A stretch of 64,000 bases of DNA from Crateriforma spongiae (GCF_012290005.1 NZ_JAAXMS010000007.1:41991-105990), one strand, 5' to 3'. Positions 48,528 through 58,156 are shown, counted from the stretch's first letter. Program-made: numbers and translations. The notes: generated by a model from the sequence alone, not told the origin.

Positions 48528-50024
48528 GTGAATCTTCAACATTCATCGGTATTTCGACGTTGTCCGTTTCTTGGGCAAGGGATTGCAGCGTTCGCCGCGT
48601 GCGTCGTTGCGTTTGTCGCGGGCACGGCGTCGGCTGACGATTGGCGGGAATTGTTCGACGGCGTTTCGTTACAGGGATGGAAGGCCGCCGAAAATCCGCA
48701 GACTTGGCGGGTCGAAGATGATTGCCTGGTTGCTGATGGACCGCGGAGCCATTTGTTTTATGTCGGAAACGTCGGAAATCACGACTTTCAAAACTTCGAA
48801 CTCATTGCCGAATATCGAACGCAAGTGGGGTGCAACTCTGGCATCTTCTTTCATACCGCATTTCAAGAGTCCGGATGGCCGAAGCGTGGGTACGAAGTCC
48901 AAATCAATGACACCTATGTGGCAAAGGGCAACTACCGCGAACTCAAGCGAACCGGCAGCCTGTACGGTGTTCGAAATGTCTACGATCGGTTTGCCGGCGA
49001 CGGCGTCTGGAACCAATTAAGAGTCAAGGTGGCCGGCCGACGTATTCGAGTTTGGGTGAATGATGTGCCAACGGTCGACTACGTCGAACCAGACGATGCC
49101 CCGCGAGCAGAGTCGCGTTCGAAACGAGTTCTGTCACGGGGAACCGTTGCTTTGCAGGCCCACGATCCCGACAGCCGGATCGCCTTTCGCCGTGTCGCAA
49201 TCCGCATGATTGGTGATGAGACATTTGATGACGCCACCGCCGGTCCAGTTGTCAGCGGGTATGGGGTGTCGTCCGAACAAATGGATCGTTTGGCGTCGGA
49301 GAACATCCCTGTCATCGACTATCACGTTCATTTGCGCGGTGGCATGACGGTGGACAAAGCCGTTCATCGGCGTTGTGTCACCGGCGTCAACGTGGGAGTG
49401 TTACGCAATCTTGGTGCGGGCTGGCCAATCGAAACTGACGAGCAACTCGAATCCTTTCTCGATTCCATCGGATCGAAGCCAGTGTTTGTGGGACTGCAGG
49501 TCAACGACCGCGATTGGATGGATCGTCATTCGCCGCAGCTACTCAATCGGCTCGATTTCATCTTGGCCGATACCATGATCATGCCCATGCCGACCGATGA
49601 CAGCCCACCGGTCAATCTGTGGATACCCGAAGGTTATGACATCAAGGATCCGGATGCATGGATGGAACGCTACATGCGTCACAACCTAAAAGTTTTGTCC
49701 GAACCCGTGACGATCCTGGCCAATCCGACGTACCTGCCGCCGCCGGTGGAACACCTGTACGACGCATTGTGGACCGAGGAAAGGATGCGAACGATCATCG
49801 ACGCGGCGATCGAGAACGAAGTGGCGCTGGAGATCAATGCCAGCAGCGGACTTCCCAGTGACCGGTTCATTCGGCTGGCAAAATCGATGGGGGCAAAATT
49901 CAGTTTCGGTACGAACAACTTTGATGATCAACCGATCGACATGGGACGCTTCGTCGAAGCGATCGAAAAGTTCGGTCTGACCAAAAATGATATGTACGTT
50001 GCCGATCAGCCGGGCGACGATTGA
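48528..50024 (+). CDS. Secreted DUF1080 (3-keto-disaccharide-hydrolase/LamG-like) domain fused to a PHP/amidohydrolase-like domain
   Basis: DUF1080 pattern WRELFDGVSLQGWK...WRVEDDCLV...NFELIAEYR...NSGIFFH...GYEVQINDTY...GTVALQAHDPDSRIAFRRVAIR. The C-terminal half has VIDYHVHLRGG, ILANP and VALEINAS, but FSFGTNNFD where PHP enzymes have GSDAH. Confidence 0.7.
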   Translation: MNLQHSSVFRRCPFLGQGIAAFAACVVAFVAGTASADDWRELFDGVSLQGWKAAENPQTWRVEDDCLVADGPRSHLFYVGNVGNHDFQNFELIAEYRTQVGCNSGIFFHTAFQESGWPKRGYEVQINDTYVAKGNYRELKRTGSLYGVRNVYDRFAGDGVWNQLRVKVAGRRIRVWVNDVPTVDYVEPDDAPRAESRSKRVLSRGTVALQAHDPDSRIAFRRVAIRMIGDETFDDATAGPVVSGYGVSSEQMDRLASENIPVIDYHVHLRGGMTVDKAVHRRCVTGVNVGVLRNLGAGWPIETDEQLESFLDSIGSKPVFVGLQVNDRDWMDRHSPQLLNRLDFILADTMIMPMPTDDSPPVNLWIPEGYDIKDPDAWMERYMRHNLKVLSEPVTILANPTYLPPPVEHLYDALWTEERMRTIIDAAIENEVALEINASSGLPSDRFIRLAKSMGAKFSFGTNNFDDQPIDMGRFVEAIEKFGLTKNDMYVADQPGDD

Positions 50025-50259
50025 TCCAACGCCGTCGACTTCTGGGATACCCGTTCTTTTGTGAACCCTTCTCTTGTTTGGGGCATGAATTGACGACAGC
50101 GATGGCGTCATTGACGCTCACTCGTCGAACCAAGTTCTCCATCGTGGATAATAGGGTCGGGTATCCGGTGACAAGCATTGTCCTCGTCGCACCCACGGCT
50201 ATCGCTGTCGGATCAGATACCACGATACGACTCATGAATCGACAGTTCCCAGCATGCGT

Positions 50260-51072
50260 TCATTCGCTGGGTGTTTTTAGGTTTCGGTAAAGCCAGCCGA
50301 AACCGCCGACCATTGCTGCGCAAAACGCGATCCAATACCAAGGGAAGCGTCGGGGCGTCGCCGCGACTTGGCCCACTGGTAACCCTTCCGCGTCAACATG
50401 GACAGCGGACACGGTGGCCTTCAAGGGTGTCGTCGTCTGTCCGGTTGTCGCCCAGATATCAATTTGTCCGGATTTTCCAACCGGGCCTGCAGCCCTGCAT
50501 AATTCTTTTGCCATCGCCCCGCCACTGGCACCAAAAAACGCATATTGTCCTTCGCCCAAATGGCGGATCTCCATCGCCGATGCACCCGATCGTGCAGGGA
50601 ACTGTTGATAGGTTGATTCACCGTCGCGTTTGCTATTGACGAACATGATGATTTGACCGCCTGGTCGACGCACGTGGCCGATCGTCGTGATGTTCGCATC
50701 ATCGCCAAAATGGATGCGGAAGAGGATTCCCACACCGCCGCCCCTGGGCGGCGTGTCCGCCTGGGTCAACGTGTAATTCAGACGGGCCGTGAAAACGCCA
50801 TCCAACTTGAACCGGCTTTTGAAACCAGCCGTGTTCATCGGCTGGGCACCATCACCGCCGCGATAGTTGGTTTGCCAACCACCGCGATCCAGTTGGAAAT
50901 GTTCCAATGCCGGATTGTATCGACGCATCCATGCCGGATCACCGAAACTTCCGGGGCCAAATTGATGCGTCAATTCCGTGGCATTGACGGGTTGGGGAGG
51001 CATGATGATTGCCCCCAACCAGACACAGGCACTGACCGTCGTGATGATGATGTTTGCTGATCGCCTATTCAT
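50260..51072 (-). CDS. Hypothetical secreted beta-rich protein with C-terminal membrane anchor
   Basis: Signal peptide MNRRSANIIITTVSACVWLGAIIMPPQPVNA and C-terminal TM WYWIAFCAAMVGGFGWLY. Its start overlaps the upstream stop by 8 nt. Confidence 0.55.
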   Translation of the reverse strand: MNRRSANIIITTVSACVWLGAIIMPPQPVNATELTHQFGPGSFGDPAWMRRYNPALEHFQLDRGGWQTNYRGGDGAQPMNTAGFKSRFKLDGVFTARLNYTLTQADTPPRGGGVGILFRIHFGDDANITTIGHVRRPGGQIIMFVNSKRDGESTYQQFPARSGASAMEIRHLGEGQYAFFGASGGAMAKELCRAAGPVGKSGQIDIWATTGQTTTPLKATVSAVHVDAEGLPVGQVAATPRRFPWYWIAFCAAMVGGFGWLYRNLKTPSE

Positions 51073-51958
51073 TTGATTGTTCCGTTTCGCGACCGGCTGG
51101 ACTTAGCAGTCCTCGCAACACCAACCAATCGATTTGTCGTGAGACAAGATCTGCTGAACCGTCCAGCCGTGCAAACACGGCGCCGCCCGGATGTGACGAA
51201 CCCCAGTTGTGTTTGTATTCAATTTCGGGCTGATCGGGCTGGATCAGCACGCCGTCCCGCACCGTTCCACGGCTTCCGCCGGTAAAAATCGGCTCGTCCC
51301 AATACCAACTGGTCTCCGTTTGCACCAAAGGATCAAACGCTTTTTCACCGAAAGCGATGGTCTGACTCAAGCCGTCAATGATGTGCGCCGGTCGCAATGC
51401 TTCGGGATAATTCAGCATAATCATCCCATTGCCGGCATAATCGGTTTTCGCCCAAGCGCGACCGCCGGCATCGTATTCCCCGTTTTCATCATCGACCGGC
51501 GGCAGCGGTTCGCCTCGCGACCGACTGGGACAACGAAACAGCGGTCCCGCGTTTTCGACACGGATGCTTTGATGTGATTCCACTTGCTCCACCATGGGCA
51601 AAATCGCATAGGCCCAACTGCCGGTCTGTTTTGTGGGATGCGCAAACGGTATCCCAACGCCCCACCAAAACCGTTGATCGATCTGTCGATCGAAGGTTCC
51701 GACCCTGACCATTTCACCGTCGGTATTCTTGATGCGGCTTTCGCCATCGTCGCCACCGTTACCCGGCAGGTATTTCATCCGGTCGATGTGCATTTGAATC
51801 CCCAATCCCAACTGTCGGGATTGGCTGAGGCATTGCGCGCGTCTTGCCGCCTCGCGCGCCGATTGCGTCGCCGGTGCCAGCAACGATATCAGAACGGTCA
51901 CGATCGAAATCACCACCAACAATTCGATCAGGGTAAAACCACTACGGCGATACATCAT
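51065..51958 (-). CDS. DUF1559 / prepilin-type N-terminal cleavage-methylation protein (H-X9-DG family)
   Basis: GFTLIELLVVISIVTVLISLLAPATQSAREAARR. C-terminal HPGGAVFARLDG is H-X9-DG. Confidence 0.85.
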   Translation of the reverse strand: MMYRRSGFTLIELLVVISIVTVLISLLAPATQSAREAARRAQCLSQSRQLGLGIQMHIDRMKYLPGNGGDDGESRIKNTDGEMVRVGTFDRQIDQRFWWGVGIPFAHPTKQTGSWAYAILPMVEQVESHQSIRVENAGPLFRCPSRSRGEPLPPVDDENGEYDAGGRAWAKTDYAGNGMIMLNYPEALRPAHIIDGLSQTIAFGEKAFDPLVQTETSWYWDEPIFTGGSRGTVRDGVLIQPDQPEIEYKHNWGSSHPGGAVFARLDGSADLVSRQIDWLVLRGLLSPAGRETEQSNE

Positions 51959-54047
51959 GGCTCATTTCCTTATGCTTCGGCACCGCGACAAGGAAGCGTC
52001 CTGCGGTGTCGCGCTGGCGAAAGGCTTCGGGGTGATTCTGGATCCACTCGGGGACCAGTGCATAGGTTTTGGTCCAGTGGCGGTCTTCGTGAAAGGTCAC
52101 AATGATATCCGGCTGCCACTGGTGAATTTCCTGTTGGACTGCATCAAGCGTTGGCATGTACAGTGGCCGGACCACATCCCGCTGCCGGTACGAACCCAGC
52201 AGTGAATAATAACGGTAAAAACATGCCATGATCCGCGGTTCGGATTCGTCCACCATGGCGGCGTCGATCGTACTTTGCCAAGTCGGACGAGTGTCTCGCG
52301 CCGAATAGAAGGACTCATATTGACGGTGCCAGGTCAGCGAAGCGTACGCAACGCCCACGAAAACAAGCCCGGCACAGGCGATCCCTGCGGTGCGCATGTG
52401 ACGCGACAGCCAGCCCTTCGATTCACAAGCAATGAAGTAAATTAGGGCGATGTCGACGGTTGCCAACGGCCAAAAGAACCATGCTTCGCCCGCGTCCCGG
52501 GCAATCGACTTCATCTCGATCCTGAACATCGTCGGCCACGCCGTCAGTCCCATGGCCACCGTCGCATGAAGAATGACGTCCACACCGACCAAGACGGCCA
52601 CCACGATGCCCAGGAATTGCCCCAGTCGACCGCGATGCCATGCGACAGTGGCAAAGCATAATACGGTCGCGATCGCCGCCAGCGCGAAACCGAAGCGGAC
52701 GCTGTGGTAACGCATCGCCAGCATGTTCTGCGTGCCAAAAACCGTTTCAATCACGTTGGGCGTCATGACATAGACGCACGTCGAACCCAGCGTCAGCCAT
52801 GCCAGGAAAACCAGATAGTTTTGCTTCGGCTTTGACCACCAGTAATACAGTCCGATCGGGATCGAAACGCAAACGCCGGTCATCGTCGCCAGCCATGTCG
52901 ATGGACCGTCCTGTTCAGCCCAGGCCCAAGACAGCTTGCGGAAAATCTCCGCGTCGCCACCACGCATCAAGGTGCTGAATCGATTTCCCGGCCTCATCGC
53001 ATCCCATTGATCCGCCATCCCCAAGGCTTTGAAACCTTTTGGAAACAATGGTGTGCCTTCCAGCAGCCAGTTGCGACCGTACCACACCCCCGCCAACAAA
53101 ACGATCGCAGTCACGCAACACGTCAGCCAAGTCGCGGTCGATTTCCATCCGCCGGTCCGCAGTGCAAAGGCGGCAACGACGCCGACGACCACCAACGCAT
53201 AACCGATCGCGTAGTATTTGATCCCGAACAACAAACCGATCGACATCGCCGCCAGGTACGGTAACCGTTGTCGATCGTCGGCCAACCAACGCCATGCGAA
53301 ACAAGCCGCGGAAACAAGCAAGGTGGCGACGGCCAGGTCGTTCTCTTGGCTGATCAACTGTCGACTGACCACCGATGTGGCCGACACTGAAAAACAGGCC
53401 GCCAATCGCATCACGGCGGGGACTCGTGCGTCGATCAAGGCTTCGTTGACCACACACAACAGCAACAAAGCGACAAAAAGATTGGTCAATCCGGCAAAGA
53501 AATCCCCGCTATAACCGGCGACCCAAAAATAGGTGACCAATTCGTTGTTGCCCGGAACATACCAGAACGCACAACGTTGATTGAATAAGTCGGCGGTCTG
53601 GATCCAGTGATCCACGATGGGCAGGTGATAGGCCAATGAATCCCAGTCGACCGGATACCTGGAAACGCCATACATCAACACGTGGGCGATCATCGATGAA
53701 ACCATCAACGCCGATCCCAACCGCACGGCCCTTTGACGACCGGACTTGCTGAATATTCGCATGCCTGTCGGCCGCCCATTGCGCGTCGGCGGGAACCACC
53801 GTCGAAAAGCGAAACCGATCACAGCCAACGAAAGCTGAAACACCCAAGGGTGAAACATTCCCAAAAAGCCCGAAAACGATGCCACCAAGACCACGCACGA
53901 CCAGACCACCACCAACGTCGCGGCGAACCGAGACGTCAGTCTGTCGGGAACTTGCAACGCGGCAAATCGGTGGCTGCCGGACACCAGCAGCCCGACCGAC
54001 ACCGCCCAAAGCACCGTCCAAGATAGATCCCAAACTACGACGAACAT
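51942..54047 (-). CDS. Large polytopic membrane protein (GT-C / ArnT-PMT-like glycosyltransferase candidate) with C-terminal soluble domain
   Basis: About 15 or more hydrophobic helices followed by a ~130-aa hydrophilic tail. Start trimmed to the ATG at 54047 (MFVVVWDLSW...), overlapping the sulfotransferase stop by 13 nt. No catalytic motif confirmed. Confidence 0.5.
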   Translation of the reverse strand: MFVVVWDLSWTVLWAVSVGLLVSGSHRFAALQVPDRLTSRFAATLVVVWSCVVLVASFSGFLGMFHPWVFQLSLAVIGFAFRRWFPPTRNGRPTGMRIFSKSGRQRAVRLGSALMVSSMIAHVLMYGVSRYPVDWDSLAYHLPIVDHWIQTADLFNQRCAFWYVPGNNELVTYFWVAGYSGDFFAGLTNLFVALLLLCVVNEALIDARVPAVMRLAACFSVSATSVVSRQLISQENDLAVATLLVSAACFAWRWLADDRQRLPYLAAMSIGLLFGIKYYAIGYALVVVGVVAAFALRTGGWKSTATWLTCCVTAIVLLAGVWYGRNWLLEGTPLFPKGFKALGMADQWDAMRPGNRFSTLMRGGDAEIFRKLSWAWAEQDGPSTWLATMTGVCVSIPIGLYYWWSKPKQNYLVFLAWLTLGSTCVYVMTPNVIETVFGTQNMLAMRYHSVRFGFALAAIATVLCFATVAWHRGRLGQFLGIVVAVLVGVDVILHATVAMGLTAWPTMFRIEMKSIARDAGEAWFFWPLATVDIALIYFIACESKGWLSRHMRTAGIACAGLVFVGVAYASLTWHRQYESFYSARDTRPTWQSTIDAAMVDESEPRIMACFYRYYSLLGSYRQRDVVRPLYMPTLDAVQQEIHQWQPDIIVTFHEDRHWTKTYALVPEWIQNHPEAFRQRDTAGRFLVAVPKHKEMSHDVSP

Positions 54048-55063
54048 GCCTGCGATACTGATCGATTGATCAGCGCTGAACGATTGAAGATGCCTCGGCC
54101 GTCTCTCAAGCGGTAAGCCATTTCGGAACACCACACAGCCGGCGGCAGGCCAATCAACGAACGAGCCAGTGAAGCATTGGCGGCAATCAGGTCGGTCATC
54201 GAACACCCACCGCCGTTGGTCGCTACACGATCGTATCCGATTCGATCCATGGTTTGTCCGCAAACACGCTCCACCGGCTCCGCGATGGCGGCACGATTTC
54301 GCCGCCAAGCGGACACCCGGGCAAGGTCGGGCGGATTCAATGCCGTCTGCTTCCAGGCCCGTTCGCGTTCGGGAAAGCAAGAGGCATCGTGGACGCTAGG
54401 CCGCTGAAGCGTCGAAAGAATCGATTCGTCCGCCGACAAACCCAAGAATGTCAGTGCATCGGCAAGTTCCTGTTCGGGACGCGTGACCAACCGTTCGAAA
54501 CGCACCCAGCAAATACGTCGTGGCCAACGTTCGGCCGCGTCCAACAAGCGACGCTGTGTTCGGTCCCAAAGCAATGCCGCACCTCGCACGCTGGTTCGCA
54601 GCCACGGAACGCCCGTCAGGCTTAACGCCACATCCCGTGGATCACGCACGACGAATATCCAACGGCTATCGGGAAAGACTTCATCGATCCAGTCCAGACG
54701 GTACGAGTACTCAGGAGTCTTGTCGCCCAACAAACATTGCCGCTGCGGCGCGTGCCCGACATCGGTCGTCGACACGCGGTTCCGATCGATTCCGTGACTT
54801 GGATAAAGTCGATGCAAGTAGGCATAGATCTCATCAACTCGGCGATCGCCACGCAGCATGTCGGCGGGAAAGGCGACCGAACAATCCGATTCAATCCGTC
54901 GAAGCGTCTTTCGTCGGACCCATCGGGGGCAACCGTGATATAAGAAAAACAGCTTCAGCTCCGGAGGCACCCAAGCATGCGGGTGTCGGTTCAACAACAC
55001 CTGCAGGAAAGTGGTTCCGGATCGCGGGCAACCGACGACGAAGAATGGAAACTGGCTGGACAT
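54035..55063 (-). CDS. Sulfotransferase-family protein
   Basis: 5'-PSB loop FFVVGCPRSGTTFLQ and 3'-PB region FVVRDPRDVALS. Start trimmed to the ATG at 55063; upstream in-frame ATGs exist. Confidence 0.75.
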   Translation of the reverse strand: MSSQFPFFVVGCPRSGTTFLQVLLNRHPHAWVPPELKLFFLYHGCPRWVRRKTLRRIESDCSVAFPADMLRGDRRVDEIYAYLHRLYPSHGIDRNRVSTTDVGHAPQRQCLLGDKTPEYSYRLDWIDEVFPDSRWIFVVRDPRDVALSLTGVPWLRTSVRGAALLWDRTQRRLLDAAERWPRRICWVRFERLVTRPEQELADALTFLGLSADESILSTLQRPSVHDASCFPERERAWKQTALNPPDLARVSAWRRNRAAIAEPVERVCGQTMDRIGYDRVATNGGGCSMTDLIAANASLARSLIGLPPAVWCSEMAYRLRDGRGIFNRSALINRSVSQACSS

Positions 55064-55375
55064 CTGGGAAAAAGGTACGCGGGATTCTTCGCCCAGCAAG
55101 TTAAAAGAAATCCGACTCCGGCCGGTCTTCACCGAAACGTCCGTTTTTTTCCAAACGCCCGGTTCTTTTCCAGCCGCCTCGCTGAGCAAGACCTCCTTGA
55201 ACGCATCGCGACTGATCCTAGCGACCCGGACCGAGCGCATCATACGCCAACCGTGTGACGCAGAATCGACGGACACGTGTCAGCGGCAAACCGAGGTTTT
55301 TTTGACCGCCTTCCCCGGTGGGTGTACAGTTACTGGCTTCCAATTCAGGCAACCGATCCACCGTCTGTCGCGTTG

Positions 55376-55407
55376 GCAGGGGTGCAGGGGTGCAGGGGTG
55401 CAGGGGT
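55376..55407 (+). repeat. Four perfect tandem copies of the octamer GCAGGGGT (a G4N4G4N4G4N4G4 quadruplex motif) abutting a start codon
   Basis: gcaggggt x4 spans 55376..55407. The G-runs are at 55379-82, 55387-90, 55395-98 and 55403-06. An ATG at 55409 follows after 1 nt. Confidence 0.9.
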
Positions 55408-55408
55408 G

Positions 55409-56218
55409 ATGCAAAAACTGGAGCCACAAGCGGGGCAGCTGGCCAAAATCGACCGACTGGCCATTCAATTGGCCGAAAGCGACGATTTGGCGGAAGTCGC
55501 GGAGATCCGAGACAAGTGCGCGTTTCTTCAGGACATGGCGAAAACCGTCTTCAGAAACCTAGACGCCCAGAACCGCGCCGCGGCCAGCAAGCTGCGAGCC
55601 GAGCGGAAGGCCGGCAAGATGCTTGCCGCGATGCGACTTCGTGGGGGCGACCGCCGATCAAGTGGTCACGGCGACCGTTTGAAATTGCACGATCTAGGGA
55701 TTTCTCATAACGATTCCAAACGCTGGCAAAAACGCGCTTCCATCCCGGATGAATGGTTCGAAGCCTATTTGGCGACCGCGGAGAAGCTCGGTGAAGAGAT
55801 CTCGGCAAGCGGTTTGGAACGAACGGCCAGAAAAGCCGAAAGGGCAACCCGGTCCGAGGAGGGTTCGTCCGTGTCGGCCAACGATGGCTGTGCGAAAGAG
55901 GCCAGAGATGGCCCCGCAAATGAAAATACCAACCGCCCGGATGATCGTTCTGAAGTAAAAAGCCCTGCCCGCGACGAGGAAGTTTCAGAGCCGAGCCCCA
56001 GCGGCGTCGCGCTCCTCGGGCACGCGGATGAAATACTTGGCAATGCAAAGGGTCACTGCGACACCTTGGCTCGTCTGGTTTCTCCGTTGGCACAAGACCC
56101 GGACGCAGAATTGTTACCCGCCACGCGGCGAGGGTTGGTCCGTTATGTCGACGAATTGCAGCGGACGCTCAACGAATTATTGAACCTATCCGAATCAAAA
56201 AATGAATGCAGATCATAA
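55409..56218 (+). CDS. Hypothetical protein resembling a prophage/plasmid-borne helical protein family
   Basis: The pattern AEIRDKCAFLQDMAK...NRAAASKLRAERKAGKML...KLHDLGISHNDSKRWQKRASIPDEWFEAYL recalls proteins I associate with phage/plasmid ParB- or methylase-linked regions. This is from memory only. Acidic, disordered C-terminal half. The ORF could start further upstream (55277). Confidence 0.45.
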   Translation: MQKLEPQAGQLAKIDRLAIQLAESDDLAEVAEIRDKCAFLQDMAKTVFRNLDAQNRAAASKLRAERKAGKMLAAMRLRGGDRRSSGHGDRLKLHDLGISHNDSKRWQKRASIPDEWFEAYLATAEKLGEEISASGLERTARKAERATRSEEGSSVSANDGCAKEARDGPANENTNRPDDRSEVKSPARDEEVSEPSPSGVALLGHADEILGNAKGHCDTLARLVSPLAQDPDAELLPATRRGLVRYVDELQRTLNELLNLSESKNECRS

Positions 56219-56988
56219 CGGGATGCTGTTGGTGTTTCCTATCGATCCAGCCTGGCATTGGGCAGCAGCCAGGTTATGCACGGCAGGGCTTTCCGTCAGA
56301 TGCACGATGGTCAACCGCATCGATTGGCGTGCGGGGCCTGCCAGGCGTTCACCCTGCTTTCTCAAAAACGCAAGTCTCGGGGATTCACGAGATCGGCGGG
56401 GATGCTCTGGTGAACGGTTCACTTGAACCCAATCGTACTTTTGGGACGGAGATTTTTGGGTTCCAGGAATTGACGGGCGAACGATCTGGCCCTGTACGAA
56501 GTCCGATGCGGCGTTGGCGCAAGCTCTTCCGAAAATGGTCAGAGTTGACCGGTTTCCGATTCTGCGAAAGAAAATGTCTTGAATCTTCGAAGTTTTGACA
56601 CTTCTCTTGTGGGAAAAGCCTTCGGGGACCTTAAGTTTGCGTTCGTAGTTTCGGTGCCGCAATCTGGAACTTCAGCTATACAAAATTGCGGGTAAGTACA
56701 AAGACACGAGGGCCAGTTTGGCCCGCCGGCGCGTTGCCGTTTCAAAGTTTTTGTCGACGCGTGTGTTCAGGCATGGTTTTTCCATTGTTTTCGTCGTCAA
56801 TCCGCACTGCAAGTTGATGTTGGTCTATTCGTGAGTGATTCGCAAATTGCAGGTCTGGCACCCTGCATCGTGAGGCTCAGTCAATTTCCTTGTGCCTTCA
56901 TGGTTTTTCGGAGGCCCTTGGCGTGTTGATTTGTATTGCGAAATCGCCAGCTGTGACAAGAAACGACAATTGCCTGGATCGTGTTGAT

Positions 56989-58125
56989 ATGTTGAATAAG
57001 CAACGCCCGAGAATGGTCGACCGCAATCGTAAGGTGGCTGGCACCATCGCGTTGGCCTTCTTTTCCTACGCAGTTGGGACTGTCAGAGGCGAGGGGATCA
57101 ATCTGACTCAGGCCGAAGCTGCGACTCAGGAGAAATTTGAAAAGGTCAACCGCCAGTTTCAGGTTTCCTATGTGGTGACGCAGAAATTTGTTGGCGAAGC
57201 AGAGAGATTTGCACCGGCTCACGTTGGTAGCAACGGCACTATGGAGCGTCTCGCTTTGAAATGGTCTGCCGTTCACGCATGGGATCGGCCATCAAAAAAG
57301 TACTATCATCAATTGGGAGCAGGTGCCTCCGCGGATGTTCCCTTCGCGAAGCCCGACGGACGTCGTAGTTTGATGTCCGATGGAGAATTGGCGTATCGTC
57401 TAACAGGGGCTGGCGATGGGATTCACGCCACTCGCGACATTGATTCGACCTTGAACGATCCCACCCGCGTTGGCTCCGATGATCTTTATCGGGAACTGTT
57501 GGGGATGGTGTCGGTTCGGGACGGCTTTGGTGTCAAATTGCGGGACCCGGCTCTTGAAAAGTATGTTTCGCTTCTTGACATTCTCCATGAAGGGTCATAC
57601 GCCGCGACCTGGGTGACACGGCGTGACGAACGCATGCTCAGGCTTGCTGATGAGGGTCGAGATGAAATATTCCTCGATCCGGCTCGAAATTTTGCTCTGG
57701 TCGAACGGGCGCATTATTGGAAAACCTTTCCGGGTGAGGTGCGAACCTCGCTCATTGTTGAGTCGTTCGAAGAAGTCGAGCCGAAGATTTGGATGCCAGT
57801 TCGTGTGAAACTTGAATACTTCTCGCAGCCTCCAAGTTCCGCACCGGTCGTCGAAGCGATCTTGGTTGCTTCGAAGATTAGCCTAACTCCCGATCCCATG
57901 TACTTTCGACTTCCTATCGAGAACGCCCCGGGCATCATCGATGAGGACCGAGGGATCGCCGTCGATATGGCTGATTTGGAAGGCAAGAGCGTTCGCGAGT
58001 TCCTCGACTCTCAGCCGCTGGCGGAAGGGTCGCGAGGTTTTTTCAGTGCACCTGTTCTTTTCGTGGTGCTCAGCAGTTTTCTGTTGGTCGCCTTTCTGAT
58101 CTTTCGCAGGAGAAGGGTTTTGTGA
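56989..58125 (+). CDS. Hypothetical secreted, C-tail-anchored protein (LolA-like/lipoprotein-sorting-fold guess); island paralogue A
   Basis: N-terminal signal/anchor VAGTIALAFFSYAVGTVRG and C-terminal TM FFSAPVLFVVLSSFLLVAFLIF followed by RRRRVL. Lower-GC region. Confidence 0.55.
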   Translation: MLNKQRPRMVDRNRKVAGTIALAFFSYAVGTVRGEGINLTQAEAATQEKFEKVNRQFQVSYVVTQKFVGEAERFAPAHVGSNGTMERLALKWSAVHAWDRPSKKYYHQLGAGASADVPFAKPDGRRSLMSDGELAYRLTGAGDGIHATRDIDSTLNDPTRVGSDDLYRELLGMVSVRDGFGVKLRDPALEKYVSLLDILHEGSYAATWVTRRDERMLRLADEGRDEIFLDPARNFALVERAHYWKTFPGEVRTSLIVESFEEVEPKIWMPVRVKLEYFSQPPSSAPVVEAILVASKISLTPDPMYFRLPIENAPGIIDEDRGIAVDMADLEGKSVREFLDSQPLAEGSRGFFSAPVLFVVLSSFLLVAFLIFRRRRVL

Positions 58126-58156
58126 CGGAGACGATGTACGTGAGCGGACCGACTCA

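Noticed and set aside
2606-55276. 5'-extended versions of track ORFs (for example 2606, 10370, 11604, 18678, 33116, 33849, 40761, 54380, 55276, 22877, 2744)
   Set aside because: The extensions overlap upstream genes or precede obvious signal peptides or conserved N-termini. I trimmed the starts to internal ATGs as noted per feature, but the exact starts remain unverified.
56202-56662. ORFs 56206..56598 (+), 56202..56426 (+) and 56213..56662 (-) in the 770-nt gap before the island
   Set aside because: They overlap one another, have odd composition, and show no signal peptide, TM segment or motif. I treat the region as non-coding, though a short regulatory RNA or a degraded gene cannot be excluded.
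56846-56860. TGGCAC hexamer upstream of island gene A as a sigma-54 promoter
   Set aside because: The sequence tggcaccctgcatcg places its TGC 4 nt too close to the GG, so the GG-N10-GC spacing is not satisfied.
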